A stretch of 63,989 nucleotides of DNA, the filler included, from Candidatus Babelota bacterium (GTDB lineage Bacteria; JAGOBX01), in NCBI GenBank assembly GCA_017999075.1. It is 9 parts of 9 records of this genome, joined end to end, with 100 filler letters (N's around TTAATTAATTAA, not from the genome) between each part and the next. Parts side by side here need not be neighbours in the genome. Positions count along the whole stretch, not along the records: positions 1 to 7,274 come from JAGOBX010000171.1; positions 7,375 to 14,625 come from JAGOBX010000172.1; 7 more parts are not named here. The stretch is one strand, 5' to 3'. Every line of letters starts with the position of its first letter. Position 1 is the stretch's first letter. Of the stretch, positions 1 through 10,585 are shown one piece after another. Both the position numbers and the translations under genes were made by a program. The notes beneath the pieces are model-generated. The model had not been told where the DNA came from. It saw nothing but the letters and a program-made list of their open reading frames with translations, and did no database searches.

Positions 1-212
1 ATTGATAAACAATAAGTTTATTTTGTAAAAAAAATATATAAATATATTCTGGGAACAGTTCCATAAAAGGTGATTCGAACTCAGAAAAGATATGCTGTTC
101 AGAAAAAATAATTTAGGATAATAAATAAATTTGATTTAAAAATTTCCATGATTTGAATTCGGGCTTCAAATGCCGCAGTCTTTTTTTAATGAATTTCCGA
201 AATAAAAAAGTA

Positions 213-240
213 TTGACATTTATTTTTAGAGGGTTATAAT
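213..240 (+). promoter_or_regulatory. sigma70-type promoter of the hyf/ehr operon
   Basis: Perfect TTGACA (213-218) and TATAAT (235-240) with a 16-bp spacer, 40 bp upstream of the first ATG. Confidence 0.7.
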
Positions 241-280
241 TTCCCTTTTAAAAAATAAAATTATAAGAAATGTTTTCAAA

Positions 281-2293
281 ATGAATCTGTTTTTATCAGG
301 ATTTATATTTATAATAATTGGCATAATTTCTGCAATTATATTGAATGAAAAACTTAAAATGCAGGTATTTTCATTTTTTGTAACATTAGGAGCAATTTGT
401 TTTTTAATACCTTCATTTAAAGTTTTAATTTCCGGTCATCCGCTGAGTTATTCAATCAGAATTCAGCCGCCTATATATTATGCTGATATTTTTATTGACG
501 GATTATCTGCAATTTTTGTAATTATAATTTCGGCAATATCGATAATAACTTCATTCTATTCAATCGGATATTTAAAGGATTATTGCGGAAAAAACAAACA
601 ATTATCATCTCATTTATTTTTTTTCGGAATACTTATAATGTCGATGATACTTGTAACAGTTTCGTCAAATTATTTTATGTTTCTTTTAGTATGGGAATTA
701 ATGTCTTTATCATCTTTTTTTCTTGTTATATTTGAAAATGATAAAGAAGATACTGTAAATGCAGGTATAAATTATTTAATAACTATGCATATAAGTCTGA
801 TATTTCTTATAATCGGATTTTTGATGTTGTCGCATTTTTCAGGTTCGCAGAATTTTTCTGATTTTTCTGCAATCTTCAAAAATACGTTAATGAAAAACAA
901 AGCAATTATTATTTTTATTTTTTTGTTTACAGGTTTTGGAATCAAATGCGGTATTTTTCCATTCCACAGCTGGCTGCCTAAAGCACACCCTGCAGCTCCG
1001 AGTCATATATCTGCAATAATGTCAGGAGTTATGATTAAAACAGGCATATACGGGATTTTGCGTATTATAAGTTTTATGGATATTCCGTCAAAAATATTGT
1101 CTGTTTCAATATTGACAATAGCTCTTTTAACAGCTCTGATATCTGTATTATACGCGTTGACTCAAACTGATATAAAAAAACTTCTTGCTTACAGTTCAGT
1201 TGAAAATATAGGAATAATTTTAATCGGGATAGGATTTGGGATGCTTGGATTGTCTTATCAGAATAAATTAATTTCCGCAATAGGCTTTACAGGAGCCATA
1301 ATGCATTTAATAAATCATTCAGTTTTTAAAACATTATTGTTTTTCGGAGCTGGAACCATTTATAAGAAGCTGCATTGTAAAAATATGGAAATTCTCGGAG
1401 GATTGGCGAAGTATATGCCTTATACGGCAATTTTATTTTTTGTTGGATGTCTCGGCATATCAGGAATACCAGGATTCAGCGGGTTTGCAGGAGAATTTGT
1501 GATATATCTTTCTATGCTAAAAAGCGTAGGTCTGAACACCAAGTTCGGATTGATAATATCGGTATTATCAATTGCCGGTCTTGCTTTAATTGGGGGGGTA
1601 TGTTTATTTTGTTTTGCAAAATTGTTCAGCATAGTATTTCTTGGGACTCCAAGAAATAAAAAAATAGAAGAAGAACTTATAAAGGAAAATACTTCCGACC
1701 CGTCTTTTTCTATGTTGGCGTCAATGTTTATATTGTCTGTTATGGTAGTTCTAACCGGATTATTCCCGCAGTATCTGGTTAAAATAATATCAAATCCTGT
1801 TAATTTATTAATAAAACAATCAGATTTTGAAATTGTTTCGAATTTTAATTATTTGAATTATATGACTTCTCTTGTTTCATATTCTACAATACTATTTATT
1901 GTAATGGTTATTATGACTTGGCTGATCCGTTACATATTGCTGAAAAATAAAAAAGTAGAATATTTTAAAACCTGGGATTGCGGTTATCAGTTCGGTAATA
2001 ATAAAATGCAGTATACAGGCAGTTCGTTTATCAGGCCTTTTTGGAATATTATAAAATTGTTTGTAAAAGTGGATTATTACAGAACTTCTCCGGAAGGATT
2101 ATATCCGAAACATCTTGATTTTAAAATTGTAATAATTGATTTTGCTGAAGGATATTTTATTAAACCGATGTGTGAAGTTATTAGAAAAGTTTTGAATTTA
2201 TTTTCGTGGATGCAAAGCGGTAATACACAGGCATATATTTTATACGGAATAATATTTATAATTATTATACTAATTTCGATTATGATTAATTAA
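281..2293 (+). CDS. hyfB: Hydrogenase-4 component B-like (HyfB/NuoL/MrpA-type) proton-translocating membrane subunit
   Basis: 670-aa polytopic protein with WELMSLSSFFLV, PFHSWLPKAHPAAPSHISAIMSGVMIKTGIYG, KKLLAYSSVENIG and the C-terminal TWDCGY/MQYT motif. Confidence 0.9.
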   Translation: MNLFLSGFIFIIIGIISAIILNEKLKMQVFSFFVTLGAICFLIPSFKVLISGHPLSYSIRIQPPIYYADIFIDGLSAIFVIIISAISIITSFYSIGYLKDYCGKNKQLSSHLFFFGILIMSMILVTVSSNYFMFLLVWELMSLSSFFLVIFENDKEDTVNAGINYLITMHISLIFLIIGFLMLSHFSGSQNFSDFSAIFKNTLMKNKAIIIFIFLFTGFGIKCGIFPFHSWLPKAHPAAPSHISAIMSGVMIKTGIYGILRIISFMDIPSKILSVSILTIALLTALISVLYALTQTDIKKLLAYSSVENIGIILIGIGFGMLGLSYQNKLISAIGFTGAIMHLINHSVFKTLLFFGAGTIYKKLHCKNMEILGGLAKYMPYTAILFFVGCLGISGIPGFSGFAGEFVIYLSMLKSVGLNTKFGLIISVLSIAGLALIGGVCLFCFAKLFSIVFLGTPRNKKIEEELIKENTSDPSFSMLASMFILSVMVVLTGLFPQYLVKIISNPVNLLIKQSDFEIVSNFNYLNYMTSLVSYSTILFIVMVIMTWLIRYILLKNKKVEYFKTWDCGYQFGNNKMQYTGSSFIRPFWNIIKLFVKVDYYRTSPEGLYPKHLDFKIVIIDFAEGYFIKPMCEVIRKVLNLFSWMQSGNTQAYILYGIIFIIIILISIMIN

Positions 2294-2353
2294 TTTTTTT
2301 GAAAATTTATTTTTTTTAGGTAAATTCAGCTTTTATCCGGGAGTAATGGAAAA

Positions 2354-3298
2354 GTGTTTGAAATAAATTGGGACAGTATAATACTTAATTTTATATTTAT
2401 ATTTTTGTTCCCGTTATTTTTTATAGGAATAATAAACAGGGTAAAATCGGTATGGGCCGGAAGAAAAGGACCTTCAGTATTCCAGCCTTTTTATGATTTC
2501 AACAAACTATTGAACAAAGGAGAGATCATAAGCTCGACAACTACGTTTGTTTTCAAAATAACTCCGAATGTTATTCTTGCGAGCATATTTACTGCTGCTT
2601 TGTTTGTACCTGTAGGAACGCATAAATCTATAATAAGTTTTAACGGCGATTTTATTATGTTTGCTTATCTTCTTGCAGCAGGCAGGTTTTTCGGAGTTAT
2701 CGGAGCTATGGATACAGGCAGCAGTTTTGAAGGAATGGGCGCCAGCAGAGAAATATCCTTTTCAACACTCGCAGAACCTGCGTTTTTTATAGTAATTTCA
2801 ACTATAATATTTTCTACAGGGCACGAGAATTTCAACGGAATATTTGGATTGTTGAAAAGGACTCATGAAGGAACTGTTTTAGTTATAACATTATGCGCGA
2901 TAGCATTGTTCATAATGATGCTGATTGAAGGATGCAGAGTTCCGGTAGATGATCCTAACACTCATCTTGAATTGACCATGATACATGAAGTTATGATACT
3001 TGATAATTCCGGTCCAGGTCTTGCTTTTATAACTTACGCATCAGGATTAAAAATGGTTTTATTCGGTTCAATAATAGCTAATTTAATTATATCTCCGGCA
3101 GTTAATCCGGAATATTTTACGTTATTGTTTTTGATAATCCTTTCAGGTCTTGCGGTTTTAATAGGTTTTATAGAATCAGTAATGGCGCGTATGCGCATGC
3201 CTCATATTCCGCAGTTTACTTTAATGATGATTTCAATAGGTCTTTTAATTCTGTCTATAACTGTGCTTGGATTATATGGAGGATTAAACCTGAAATGA
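2354..3298 (+). CDS. hyfC: HyfC/HycD (NuoH-like) membrane subunit
   Basis: GRKGPSVFQPFYD, DTGSSFEGMGASRE and RVPVDDPNTHLELTMIHEVM motifs; GTG start. Confidence 0.9.
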   Translation: MFEINWDSIILNFIFIFLFPLFFIGIINRVKSVWAGRKGPSVFQPFYDFNKLLNKGEIISSTTTFVFKITPNVILASIFTAALFVPVGTHKSIISFNGDFIMFAYLLAAGRFFGVIGAMDTGSSFEGMGASREISFSTLAEPAFFIVISTIIFSTGHENFNGIFGLLKRTHEGTVLVITLCAIALFIMMLIEGCRVPVDDPNTHLELTMIHEVMILDNSGPGLAFITYASGLKMVLFGSIIANLIISPAVNPEYFTLLFLIILSGLAVLIGFIESVMARMRMPHIPQFTLMMISIGLLILSITVLGLYGGLNLK

Positions 3299-3930
3299 TT
3301 AATTTTTTTATAATATTATTCGGAATAACTTTATTGTATATTTCAGGAACAAGCAGGTTGGAAGCGTACATTAAAATGCTGTCGCTTCAGGGAATTTTTC
3401 TTGCAGTTATTGTAACTTTGAATGTTGAACACAGCCTCCTCAGTTCTGTTATTGTCCTTATTGAAACAATAGTGTTTAAATCTTTAATAATACCGTGGTT
3501 TTTATTTAAAACACTCCGTGAAAACAAAATCAAACGTGAAACTGAACCATATATTCCTAATTTTTATTCGCTTCTTATAGTGAGTTCAATTTTCTTTTTT
3601 GGGTTTATTTTAACTTACTGGTCAATAGAGAACACTACTAATGCAGTCAGACCTTTAAGTTTTGGAATGTCAATTTCAACGATAATAACAGGATTGTTCA
3701 TAATAATTTCAAGAAAAAAACTGCTGACTCATCTTATAGGTTTTATAATTCTTGAGAATGGAATTTTTTTGCTGTCAGTTTCGTCGCTGACTCAAATGCC
3801 GATAATAGTTGATCTTGGTGTTCTGCTTGATATTTTTCTTGTAATTTTATTGCTTGGTTTGTTTTTGAATAAAGTTAAATCAACTTTTGAAGAATTGGAA
3901 ATAGATAATTTAACAAATTTAAAAGATTAA
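3295..3930 (+). CDS. hyfE: HyfE-like membrane subunit
   Basis: Hydrophobic 211 aa with GFIILENGIFL; ATGA overlap with hyfC; conserved gene order. Confidence 0.85.
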   Translation: MINFFIILFGITLLYISGTSRLEAYIKMLSLQGIFLAVIVTLNVEHSLLSSVIVLIETIVFKSLIIPWFLFKTLRENKIKRETEPYIPNFYSLLIVSSIFFFGFILTYWSIENTTNAVRPLSFGMSISTIITGLFIIISRKKLLTHLIGFIILENGIFLLSVSSLTQMPIIVDLGVLLDIFLVILLLGLFLNKVKSTFEELEIDNLTNLKD

Positions 3931-3934
3931 TATT

Positions 3935-5356
3935 ATGATAAGTGTTTTAATAATTATTCCATTAATTTTGAGTGTTTTAGTTTTTTTGTTCAACTCTAAA
4001 AAACTTAATAATTTTGCGCTTATATGGTATTCTATTCTGCATTTGACAATTACCGTACTTTTGTATATTTACGGCGGCAGTTTAGGGAAATATTTTAAAA
4101 TTGACAGTTTAAACATTTTATTTCTTCTTGTTCAATCTGTTTTATTATTTTGCATTTCAATATACAGTTCAAATTTTTTAAAAAGTTCGGAAAATAAATG
4201 GCATAAATATTATACCGTTTCATTTTTGTTATTTATACTGTCAATGGATTGCGCCATATTAAGTTCGCACCTTGCATTAATGTGGGTTTTTGTAGAAGCC
4301 ACCACATTAACAAGCGCTATACTAATATATTTTCACAGGACAAAATCTACGGTTGAAGCTACATGGAAATATATCTTTATTTGTTCGATAGGAATTTCTT
4401 TTGCATTTATCGGAATAATTTTATTGTCGATCGGATGTAAAAACATAGAATCATTATTTTTTAGCGATTTGTATAAACCCGGGAATAATGTTATACAGTT
4501 CTGGCTGAAATTTGCATTTCCTTTTATTCTTGTAGGTTTTGGAACGAAAATGGGATTGGCTCCTGTTCACGCATGGCTTCCTGATGCTCATTCCGAAGCT
4601 CCGTCGCCTGTATCTGCAATTTTATCAGGGGCATTGCTGAATGCAGCTTTGTTAGGAATTTTGCGCGTTTATAAGATGTGTATTATTTACGGGTTAAATG
4701 AATTTGCTGAAAACCTGTTTTTAATTATGGGGTTTTTATCTGTTACTGTAAGCGCAGCTTATATTATAAAAATTACAAATTACAAACGCATGCTTGCGTA
4801 TTCGTCGATTGAAAATATGGGTATCATTACTATAGGTTTCGGACTTGGAGGCAAGCAGGGAATATTTGCCGCATTACTTCATTTAACAGGGCATTCGTTA
4901 ATTAAAGCATCGTTATTTTTGACTTCAGGAAACATTCTCCATATTTTTAAAACTAAAGATTCAGATAAAATACGGGGATTATATAAAGCCGATAATATAA
5001 CTGGATGGCTTTGGATGTTTGGAATTTTGGCTATTTGCGGATTTCCTCCGTTCAGTATCTTTATTAGCGAGCTGCTTATTGTAAAATCAATGTTTATTGC
5101 AAAACAATACATTAAACTGATAGTTTTTGTAGGGCTGCTGACAGTTATATTATACGGACTTATTGAAAAAACATTGAAAATGAATTGCTATGAACCGCAG
5201 GAAAATATTGATAAAAAGCATATAGAAACAGGGTTTTGTGTTTATGCTCCGCAAATGATTTTGCTTGGATGCGCATGTTTGCTGGGAATATATATTCCCG
5301 GAAAAATTTTGAATATATTATCCGGCGCTGCGTTATGGTTTGGAATTGCGAAGTAA
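3935..5356 (+). CDS. hyfF: HyfF-like antiporter-type membrane subunit
   Basis: MWVFVEATTL, EATWKYIFICSIG, GTKMGLAPVHAWLPDAHSEAPSPVSA and KRMLAYSSIENMG. Confidence 0.9.
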   Translation: MISVLIIIPLILSVLVFLFNSKKLNNFALIWYSILHLTITVLLYIYGGSLGKYFKIDSLNILFLLVQSVLLFCISIYSSNFLKSSENKWHKYYTVSFLLFILSMDCAILSSHLALMWVFVEATTLTSAILIYFHRTKSTVEATWKYIFICSIGISFAFIGIILLSIGCKNIESLFFSDLYKPGNNVIQFWLKFAFPFILVGFGTKMGLAPVHAWLPDAHSEAPSPVSAILSGALLNAALLGILRVYKMCIIYGLNEFAENLFLIMGFLSVTVSAAYIIKITNYKRMLAYSSIENMGIITIGFGLGGKQGIFAALLHLTGHSLIKASLFLTSGNILHIFKTKDSDKIRGLYKADNITGWLWMFGILAICGFPPFSIFISELLIVKSMFIAKQYIKLIVFVGLLTVILYGLIEKTLKMNCYEPQENIDKKHIETGFCVYAPQMILLGCACLLGIYIPGKILNILSGAALWFGIAK

Positions 5357-5386
5357 AAATTTTATTATGGTTTAATTAAAAAAAAT

Positions 5387-6862
5387 ATGAATTGGAAAAA
5401 TTTAATTAATTGCGAGACAGTTGATATAACAAATATTCCTGAATTGCCTTTTAATTTATTGAGAAGCAATATAATAGAAGAATGCAGAAATAAAAAACGT
5501 CCAGTATTGTTTTTTGGAGTTCCTGAAAATAATTATTTGAGATTATATGTTGTTTTGGCAGACGATCAGAACAGTATATTGATGACTGCAACGTCAAAGT
5601 TAAGTAAAAACGAAAAGTATGAATCTATAACGTTTGAAATTCCGCAGTTCAGCATGTTTGAAAGAGAATTATTTGAAGAATATGGAGAAGAATTCGGAAT
5701 TTTACCTATAAAACACGGTTGGCTGAAACCTGTAAGAAAAAATATGGATAAATACGAATTTTTAAAAACAGATTCTGAATTTGTTCATGAGGTTGCGGTG
5801 GGACCTGTTCATGCGGGAATAATTGAACCCGGTCATTTCAGGTTTTTATGCGATGGAGAAAATGTCAATCATCTGGAAATACAGTTAGGATATCAGCATC
5901 GCGGAATTGAAAAATTATTTTTAACTAAAAAATTTTTAAACAAATGTGTTTTAGCCGAATCTGTTTCAGGGGATTCTGCAATTGCTCATAATACAGCGTA
6001 TTTAAATGCTGCAGAATCTTTGTGCATATGTCATATAAGCAGATCTGCGGAAATAGTAAGAGCTGTTGCTCTTGAACTTGAACGTATTGGAATGCATCTT
6101 TTCGGATTAGGAGCATTATGCAATGATGTTGCGTATTTAACTGGAAGTTCGGTGTTTGGAGCAAGGAGAACTTTGGTAATCAACACTTCACTGGCTTTGT
6201 GCGGAAGCAGGTTCGGCAGAGGCTGGCTTCGTCCTGGAGGATGCGTATTCGGTATTTCAGAATCTCAGAAAAAAACAATGATAGATACCTTGAATAAAGT
6301 AAAATTCGATGTTGATCAGATGGCTGAAGTTATGTTCGAGAATGCGACTTTTCATTCACGTCTTGACCAAACCGGAGTAGTAGATAAAACAACTGCTGAA
6401 AAATTAAATTTATCGGGAATGGCAGCCAGGGCATCAGGATTAAATGTGGATATAAGAAAAAATCATCCGTTCGGATTTTATTTGAAAAATAAAATTCAAC
6501 CTGTAGTTCTTGAATCCGGAGATGTTTTAGCGAGAACAAGGATACGTTATCTTGAATTGTTGAAATCAATTGAGTTTATAAAAAATGCCGTACTTGATAA
6601 TGATTTGGAAATAAATTTATCGGAAAAATTGGACAGAGTTCAGTCAAGCAAATTTGTTGTGTCAATGACTGAAGGATGGCGGGGAGAAACAGTTCATTGT
6701 GCGGTTACAGGAACGGATTCGCAAATTTTGAAATATAAAATTAAAGATCCGTCATTTACAAATTGGTTTGGTTTGGCTGCAGCAGTAAGAAAAAATACGG
6801 TATCTGATTTTCCATTGTGCAATAAAAGTTTTGATTTGTCGTATTGCGGGTTTGATTTATAA
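5387..6862 (+). CDS. HyfG/HycE-like large subunit (NuoC+NuoD fusion) lacking the NiFe CxxC motifs (Ehr large subunit)
   Basis: VGPVHAGIIEPGHFRF, GYQHRGIEK, EGWRGE and KDPSF motifs; the L1 site reads ESVSGDS and the L2 site reads NKSFDLSYCGFDL. Confidence 0.88.
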   Translation: MNWKNLINCETVDITNIPELPFNLLRSNIIEECRNKKRPVLFFGVPENNYLRLYVVLADDQNSILMTATSKLSKNEKYESITFEIPQFSMFERELFEEYGEEFGILPIKHGWLKPVRKNMDKYEFLKTDSEFVHEVAVGPVHAGIIEPGHFRFLCDGENVNHLEIQLGYQHRGIEKLFLTKKFLNKCVLAESVSGDSAIAHNTAYLNAAESLCICHISRSAEIVRAVALELERIGMHLFGLGALCNDVAYLTGSSVFGARRTLVINTSLALCGSRFGRGWLRPGGCVFGISESQKKTMIDTLNKVKFDVDQMAEVMFENATFHSRLDQTGVVDKTTAEKLNLSGMAARASGLNVDIRKNHPFGFYLKNKIQPVVLESGDVLARTRIRYLELLKSIEFIKNAVLDNDLEINLSEKLDRVQSSKFVVSMTEGWRGETVHCAVTGTDSQILKYKIKDPSFTNWFGLAAAVRKNTVSDFPLCNKSFDLSYCGFDL

Positions 6863-6888
6863 AATATATTTCGGAGACAAAATTTATA

Positions 6889-7274
6889 ATGTTTGATTTA
6901 TTAAAAGTTAGAATTAATCATGGAGATCAGGCGATTAAGGATATAAGAAAAGCTAAAATCAATGATTCATTCAGAGGATTGCCTGTTATAAAAAATACCG
7001 AATGTTTTTCTGATTGCGTGAAATGTTCAGAGATTTGTTTTTCAGATGCAATAAGAAAGAATAATGAAAAAATAACTATAGATTTAGGGAAATGTGTTTT
7101 ATGCGGAGATTGCGCGAGAGTATGTCCTTATAAAAAAATTTCTTTTTCCACATTTTATAAAATTGCTTCTACAGATAGAAAAAAGTTATATATTGATCCT
7201 GATACAACTCCGGAAAAATTTTATGAGGATTCAGTAAAAATTAATTATGAAATTAAAAAAGTTTTTGGAAAATA
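6889..7274 (+). CDS. 2x[4Fe-4S] ferredoxin-domain subunit (HyfH-like, probably fused to a NuoB-like small subunit); 3' truncated by the contig end
   Basis: CFSDCVKCSEIC and CVLCGDCARVCP motifs; the frame runs into the N linker. Confidence 0.75.
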
Positions 7275-7374
7275 NNNNNNNNNNNNNNNNNNNNNNNNNN
7301 NNNNNNNNNNNNNNNNNNTTAATTAATTAANNNNNNNNNNNNNNNNNNNNNNNNNNNNNNNNNNNNNNNNNNNN
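7275..7374. other. Artificial contig linker
   Basis: 44 N + TTAATTAATTAA (stops in all six frames) + 44 N. Confidence 0.98.
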
Positions 7375-7440
7375 CTACAACATTGCTTGTAATTATTTTC
7401 AGAAAAAAAATAAGAAAAATTTTTGGATTCGACAAATAAT

Positions 7441-8469
7441 ATGAAAACAAGATGCGTTATAATTAATAATTTAAAACATACACTGCATAATCCCTTGTCA
7501 GAAGTTTATATGCAGCAAATTGTGCCTTATTCTGAAAATTCAAAACGTGCGGAAAATATTTTCAATGAAATAAGCAAATTAAAAAATATTGTTATAAAAA
7601 CTCCTGTTAGATGTACGAGAAAAATGCTGTTTGAAATACATTCTGCAGATTATATTAATTATATAAAACAAATTAGCGGGATGGCCATTGATGAAGATGA
7701 TTACAGAACTCCTTATGTTATTCCATTAAAATCAAAAAGGTCTAAATTAAGTACTTCAAAAATTGATAATGTCGCTGATTATTCGATGGACGTAACTACT
7801 CCAATAGGAAAATTTACTTATCAATCAGCCGTTCATTCAGCTGATATAGCATATACAGGAGCACAAAATCTTATTAAAGGTGAAAAAATAGTGTATTCTT
7901 TATGCAGGCCGCCAGGACACCATGCAGAACAATCAAGATGCGGAGGATATTGTTATATAAACAATGCTGCTATTGCTGCTTCATTTCTATCAAAGCAATC
8001 TAAGGTAACTTTGCTTGATATAGATTATCATCATGGAAACGGTTCTCAGGAAATTTTTTATAATAGAAATGACGTTCAGTATATTTCAATTCATGCAAAC
8101 CCGAAATATGATTATCCGTATTATACAGGTTTTTCTGATGAAACAGGCGCGGGAAAAGGAAAACGGTTCAATTTAAATATACCATTAGAAAAAAATACTT
8201 CTGATAAACAATATCTGTCGGCATTGAATATTGCTCTTAATAAAATTTTAAAATTCAATCCCGGGTTTTTATTAGTTTCATTAGGAGTAGATACTTACGA
8301 AAATGATCCTGTAGGAGGATTCAAACTTAGCAAAAATGTATTTCAAGAAATTGGGCAAAATATTTTTCAGCTCAATTTGCCGACTTTAATAATTCAAGAA
8401 GGCGGATATAATACTTCAGAAATAGGGTTACTTGTGAAAAATTTTTTAAAGGGATTCGGGATTAAATAA
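7441..8469 (+). CDS. Histone deacetylase family protein, acetylpolyamine amidohydrolase-like
   Basis: RPPGHHA, GGYCYINNAAIAA, LDIDYHHGNG, SLGVDT and QEGGY Zn-deacetylase motifs; ATG at 7441 preferred over TTG at 7423. Confidence 0.88.
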   Translation: MKTRCVIINNLKHTLHNPLSEVYMQQIVPYSENSKRAENIFNEISKLKNIVIKTPVRCTRKMLFEIHSADYINYIKQISGMAIDEDDYRTPYVIPLKSKRSKLSTSKIDNVADYSMDVTTPIGKFTYQSAVHSADIAYTGAQNLIKGEKIVYSLCRPPGHHAEQSRCGGYCYINNAAIAASFLSKQSKVTLLDIDYHHGNGSQEIFYNRNDVQYISIHANPKYDYPYYTGFSDETGAGKGKRFNLNIPLEKNTSDKQYLSALNIALNKILKFNPGFLLVSLGVDTYENDPVGGFKLSKNVFQEIGQNIFQLNLPTLIIQEGGYNTSEIGLLVKNFLKGFGIK

Positions 8470-8544
8470 AAATTCAATTATGAATTAGAGTAAAGTTTTC
8501 AAATAGAGAAAATTCCAAATTTTAGAATTGTCAGATAGCTTGCC

Positions 8545-9114
8545 TCAAATACGCCAAATTGTCAATAGGGTGAATTTTAATATCATCATAAATGAAAAAA
8601 AAACGATGAAAGTTTTAATTTTTTTTGAAAATAATAAATCGCCGCTGAGTTCGTTTAATTGAACTGATACAAACCACAAAGATAGATATTGAATTAGAAA
8701 ATCTATAAGAGGTATGCAGCCTATAATCGAAAAAATATAAGGGAAAATAATTGCTGAAACTGATTCTTCACGATAATTATTTTTTAATTTTAACATGGCA
8801 TAAAAATATAGAAATGAAAATAAAAGTATTTCGAAAAGTAATGATCGGAAAGATAAATATAACGCTGCTTCTCTTATTGTATTATAATAAACAGTGTGCG
8901 GGAATATTTTATAATATATGAAATAATAACTTTCCAATTTATCATTTGCCAAGATTAAATAATATTTTATAAATATTTTTGCCAGGCATGAAAAGAAAGC
9001 AATTATAAAGAGAAATTTCAGTTTTAATTCATAATAATAAATTGGATATATAAATCCGTAAATAAATTTTTTTAAATAATGAAAACAAAAGGAAATGATA
9101 TTTTTTAACGGCAT
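8545..9114 (-). CDS. Hypothetical integral membrane protein
   Basis: 189 aa with about 4-5 hydrophobic segments; starts 3 nt after the stop of the upstream PglF-like gene. Confidence 0.65.
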   Translation of the reverse strand: MPLKNIISFCFHYLKKFIYGFIYPIYYYELKLKFLFIIAFFSCLAKIFIKYYLILANDKLESYYFIYYKIFPHTVYYNTIREAALYLSFRSLLFEILLFSFLYFYAMLKLKNNYREESVSAIIFPYIFSIIGCIPLIDFLIQYLSLWFVSVQLNELSGDLLFSKKIKTFIVFFSFMMILKFTLLTIWRI

Positions 9115-9117
9115 AAA

Positions 9118-10557
9118 TTAAATCTTATAGTTATGTAAATATTCAGGAAGCAGTTCAATAATAATTTTTTTTAATTTTAAATTAATTTCATCGCAAGAAA
9201 TTATCAGTTTTTTTATTTCGGTTATTTTTTTTATAAGGAGTTTAGAATTAAAAAGTTCAGGATGAGCTATGAATATTTTTTCGAGTTTTGTTGAAGAAAC
9301 TTTATCTGAAGACGTAAGAAGTTCTTCATAGAGTTTTTCTCCAGGTCTTAAACCTGTGTACGTTATTTTTATGTCTTTATTAGGTTTTAATCCGGCAAGG
9401 ATTATAAGGTTTGTGGCAAGTTCTGTTATATTTATCTGTTTTCCCATATCAAGAACAAATATTTCTCTTCCGCCGCTTATTTTTAAAGAATTCAATATCA
9501 AAGAAACAGCTTCTGTTATTGTCATGAAATATCTGTATATATCCGGATGAGTTATAGTTATAGGCCCTCCATTTTTTATCTGGTTGATGAATAAAGGAAC
9601 GACGCTTCCGCGACTTGCCAAAACATTTCCGAATCTGACTGCACTGAATTTTGTCCTATTTGTTCTTTTTAAAGAATATAAAAGAAGTAATTTTTCAGCT
9701 ATGCGTTTTGTCGCGCCCATTATACTTGTAGGATTAACAGCTTTGTCGGAAGAAATTAAAATACAGTATTCGGAATGAAATAAATTTGCTAATTTGAAAA
9801 TATTTTCGCTGCCAATCACATTTACGCGGACAGCTTCGGAAATATTGAATTCCATTAAAGGCACGTGTTTATAAGCGGCAGCGTGAATTATTATATCTGG
9901 TTTGTATTTTTTAAAAATACAGATTAATCTGTTATAATTCGAAATGTCGCAAATTAAATATGTTTTTTTACAAACATTATTTTTTATTGACTGTTCAAGA
10001 TAATATAATTCAGATTCATTCTGGTCAAGGATAATAAGGTTATTTAGTTTTAATAAAGCAAGCTGCCGGCAAAGTTCAGAACCTATAGAACCGGCACCGC
10101 CTGTAACTAATACTGTTTTATTTCTAAATAATTTATTTAAATTAGCAATATCAAGCTTAACAGATTCTCGTCCGAGAAGATCTTCCGGCAAAATTTCTCT
10201 GATTTGATTGAATTTTACATCTCCACTAATGATTTCAATAATTCCGGGAACTATTCTAAAATCAATTTTATGTTTATTGCATTTGTTTATTATTTTTCTT
10301 ATTAATTCTCCTTCAGCGCTCGGTATTGCAATTAATACAACGTTAACTTTGAAACTTTTTATAATTCTGTCAATGTCATTGATTTTTCCTAAAATGTCAT
10401 GAGATTTATATTTTGTATTTATTTTTTTTTTGTCGTCATCTAAAAAACCTACTATTGAATAATTTATTTCAGGATGTTTTAGAATTTCATCGCATACCAT
10501 TTTTCCGGCAACTCCGGCGCCAACGATAATCACGTTTTGTTTACATAGGTTTTTCAT
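9118..10557 (-). CDS. Nucleoside-diphosphate sugar 4,6-dehydratase (PglF/CapD family) without the N-terminal TM region
   Basis: IVGAGVAG CoA-binding-like domain, EDLLGRE, TGGAGSIGSEL, HAAAYKHVPLME, SSDKAVNPTSIMGATK, VRFGNVLASRGSV and GLRPGEKLYEEL. Confidence 0.92.
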   Translation of the reverse strand: MKNLCKQNVIIVGAGVAGKMVCDEILKHPEINYSIVGFLDDDKKKINTKYKSHDILGKINDIDRIIKSFKVNVVLIAIPSAEGELIRKIINKCNKHKIDFRIVPGIIEIISGDVKFNQIREILPEDLLGRESVKLDIANLNKLFRNKTVLVTGGAGSIGSELCRQLALLKLNNLIILDQNESELYYLEQSIKNNVCKKTYLICDISNYNRLICIFKKYKPDIIIHAAAYKHVPLMEFNISEAVRVNVIGSENIFKLANLFHSEYCILISSDKAVNPTSIMGATKRIAEKLLLLYSLKRTNRTKFSAVRFGNVLASRGSVVPLFINQIKNGGPITITHPDIYRYFMTITEAVSLILNSLKISGGREIFVLDMGKQINITELATNLIILAGLKPNKDIKITYTGLRPGEKLYEELLTSSDKVSSTKLEKIFIAHPELFNSKLLIKKITEIKKLIISCDEINLKLKKIIIELLPEYLHNYKI

Positions 10558-10585
10558 TTGAAAAATGCGCTCCGAAAATATTTAT

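Noticed and set aside
49-102. GATTCGAACTC (reverse complement GAGTTCGAATC, like a tRNA T-loop) within an imperfect hairpin upstream of the hyf promoter
   Set aside because: There is no 5-bp T-stem or cloverleaf and no match to a riboswitch I can recognise; it also lies upstream of the promoter
5387-6862. Annotation as a functional NiFe hydrogenase or formate hydrogenlyase large subunit
   Set aside because: Both CxxC nickel-binding motifs are absent
7319-7330. Recurring TTAATTAATTAA palindrome at ~7.3-kb periodicity, resembling a regular repeat or recombination site
   Set aside because: It is always embedded in 44+44 N and encodes stops in all six frames, so it is a synthetic contig spacer
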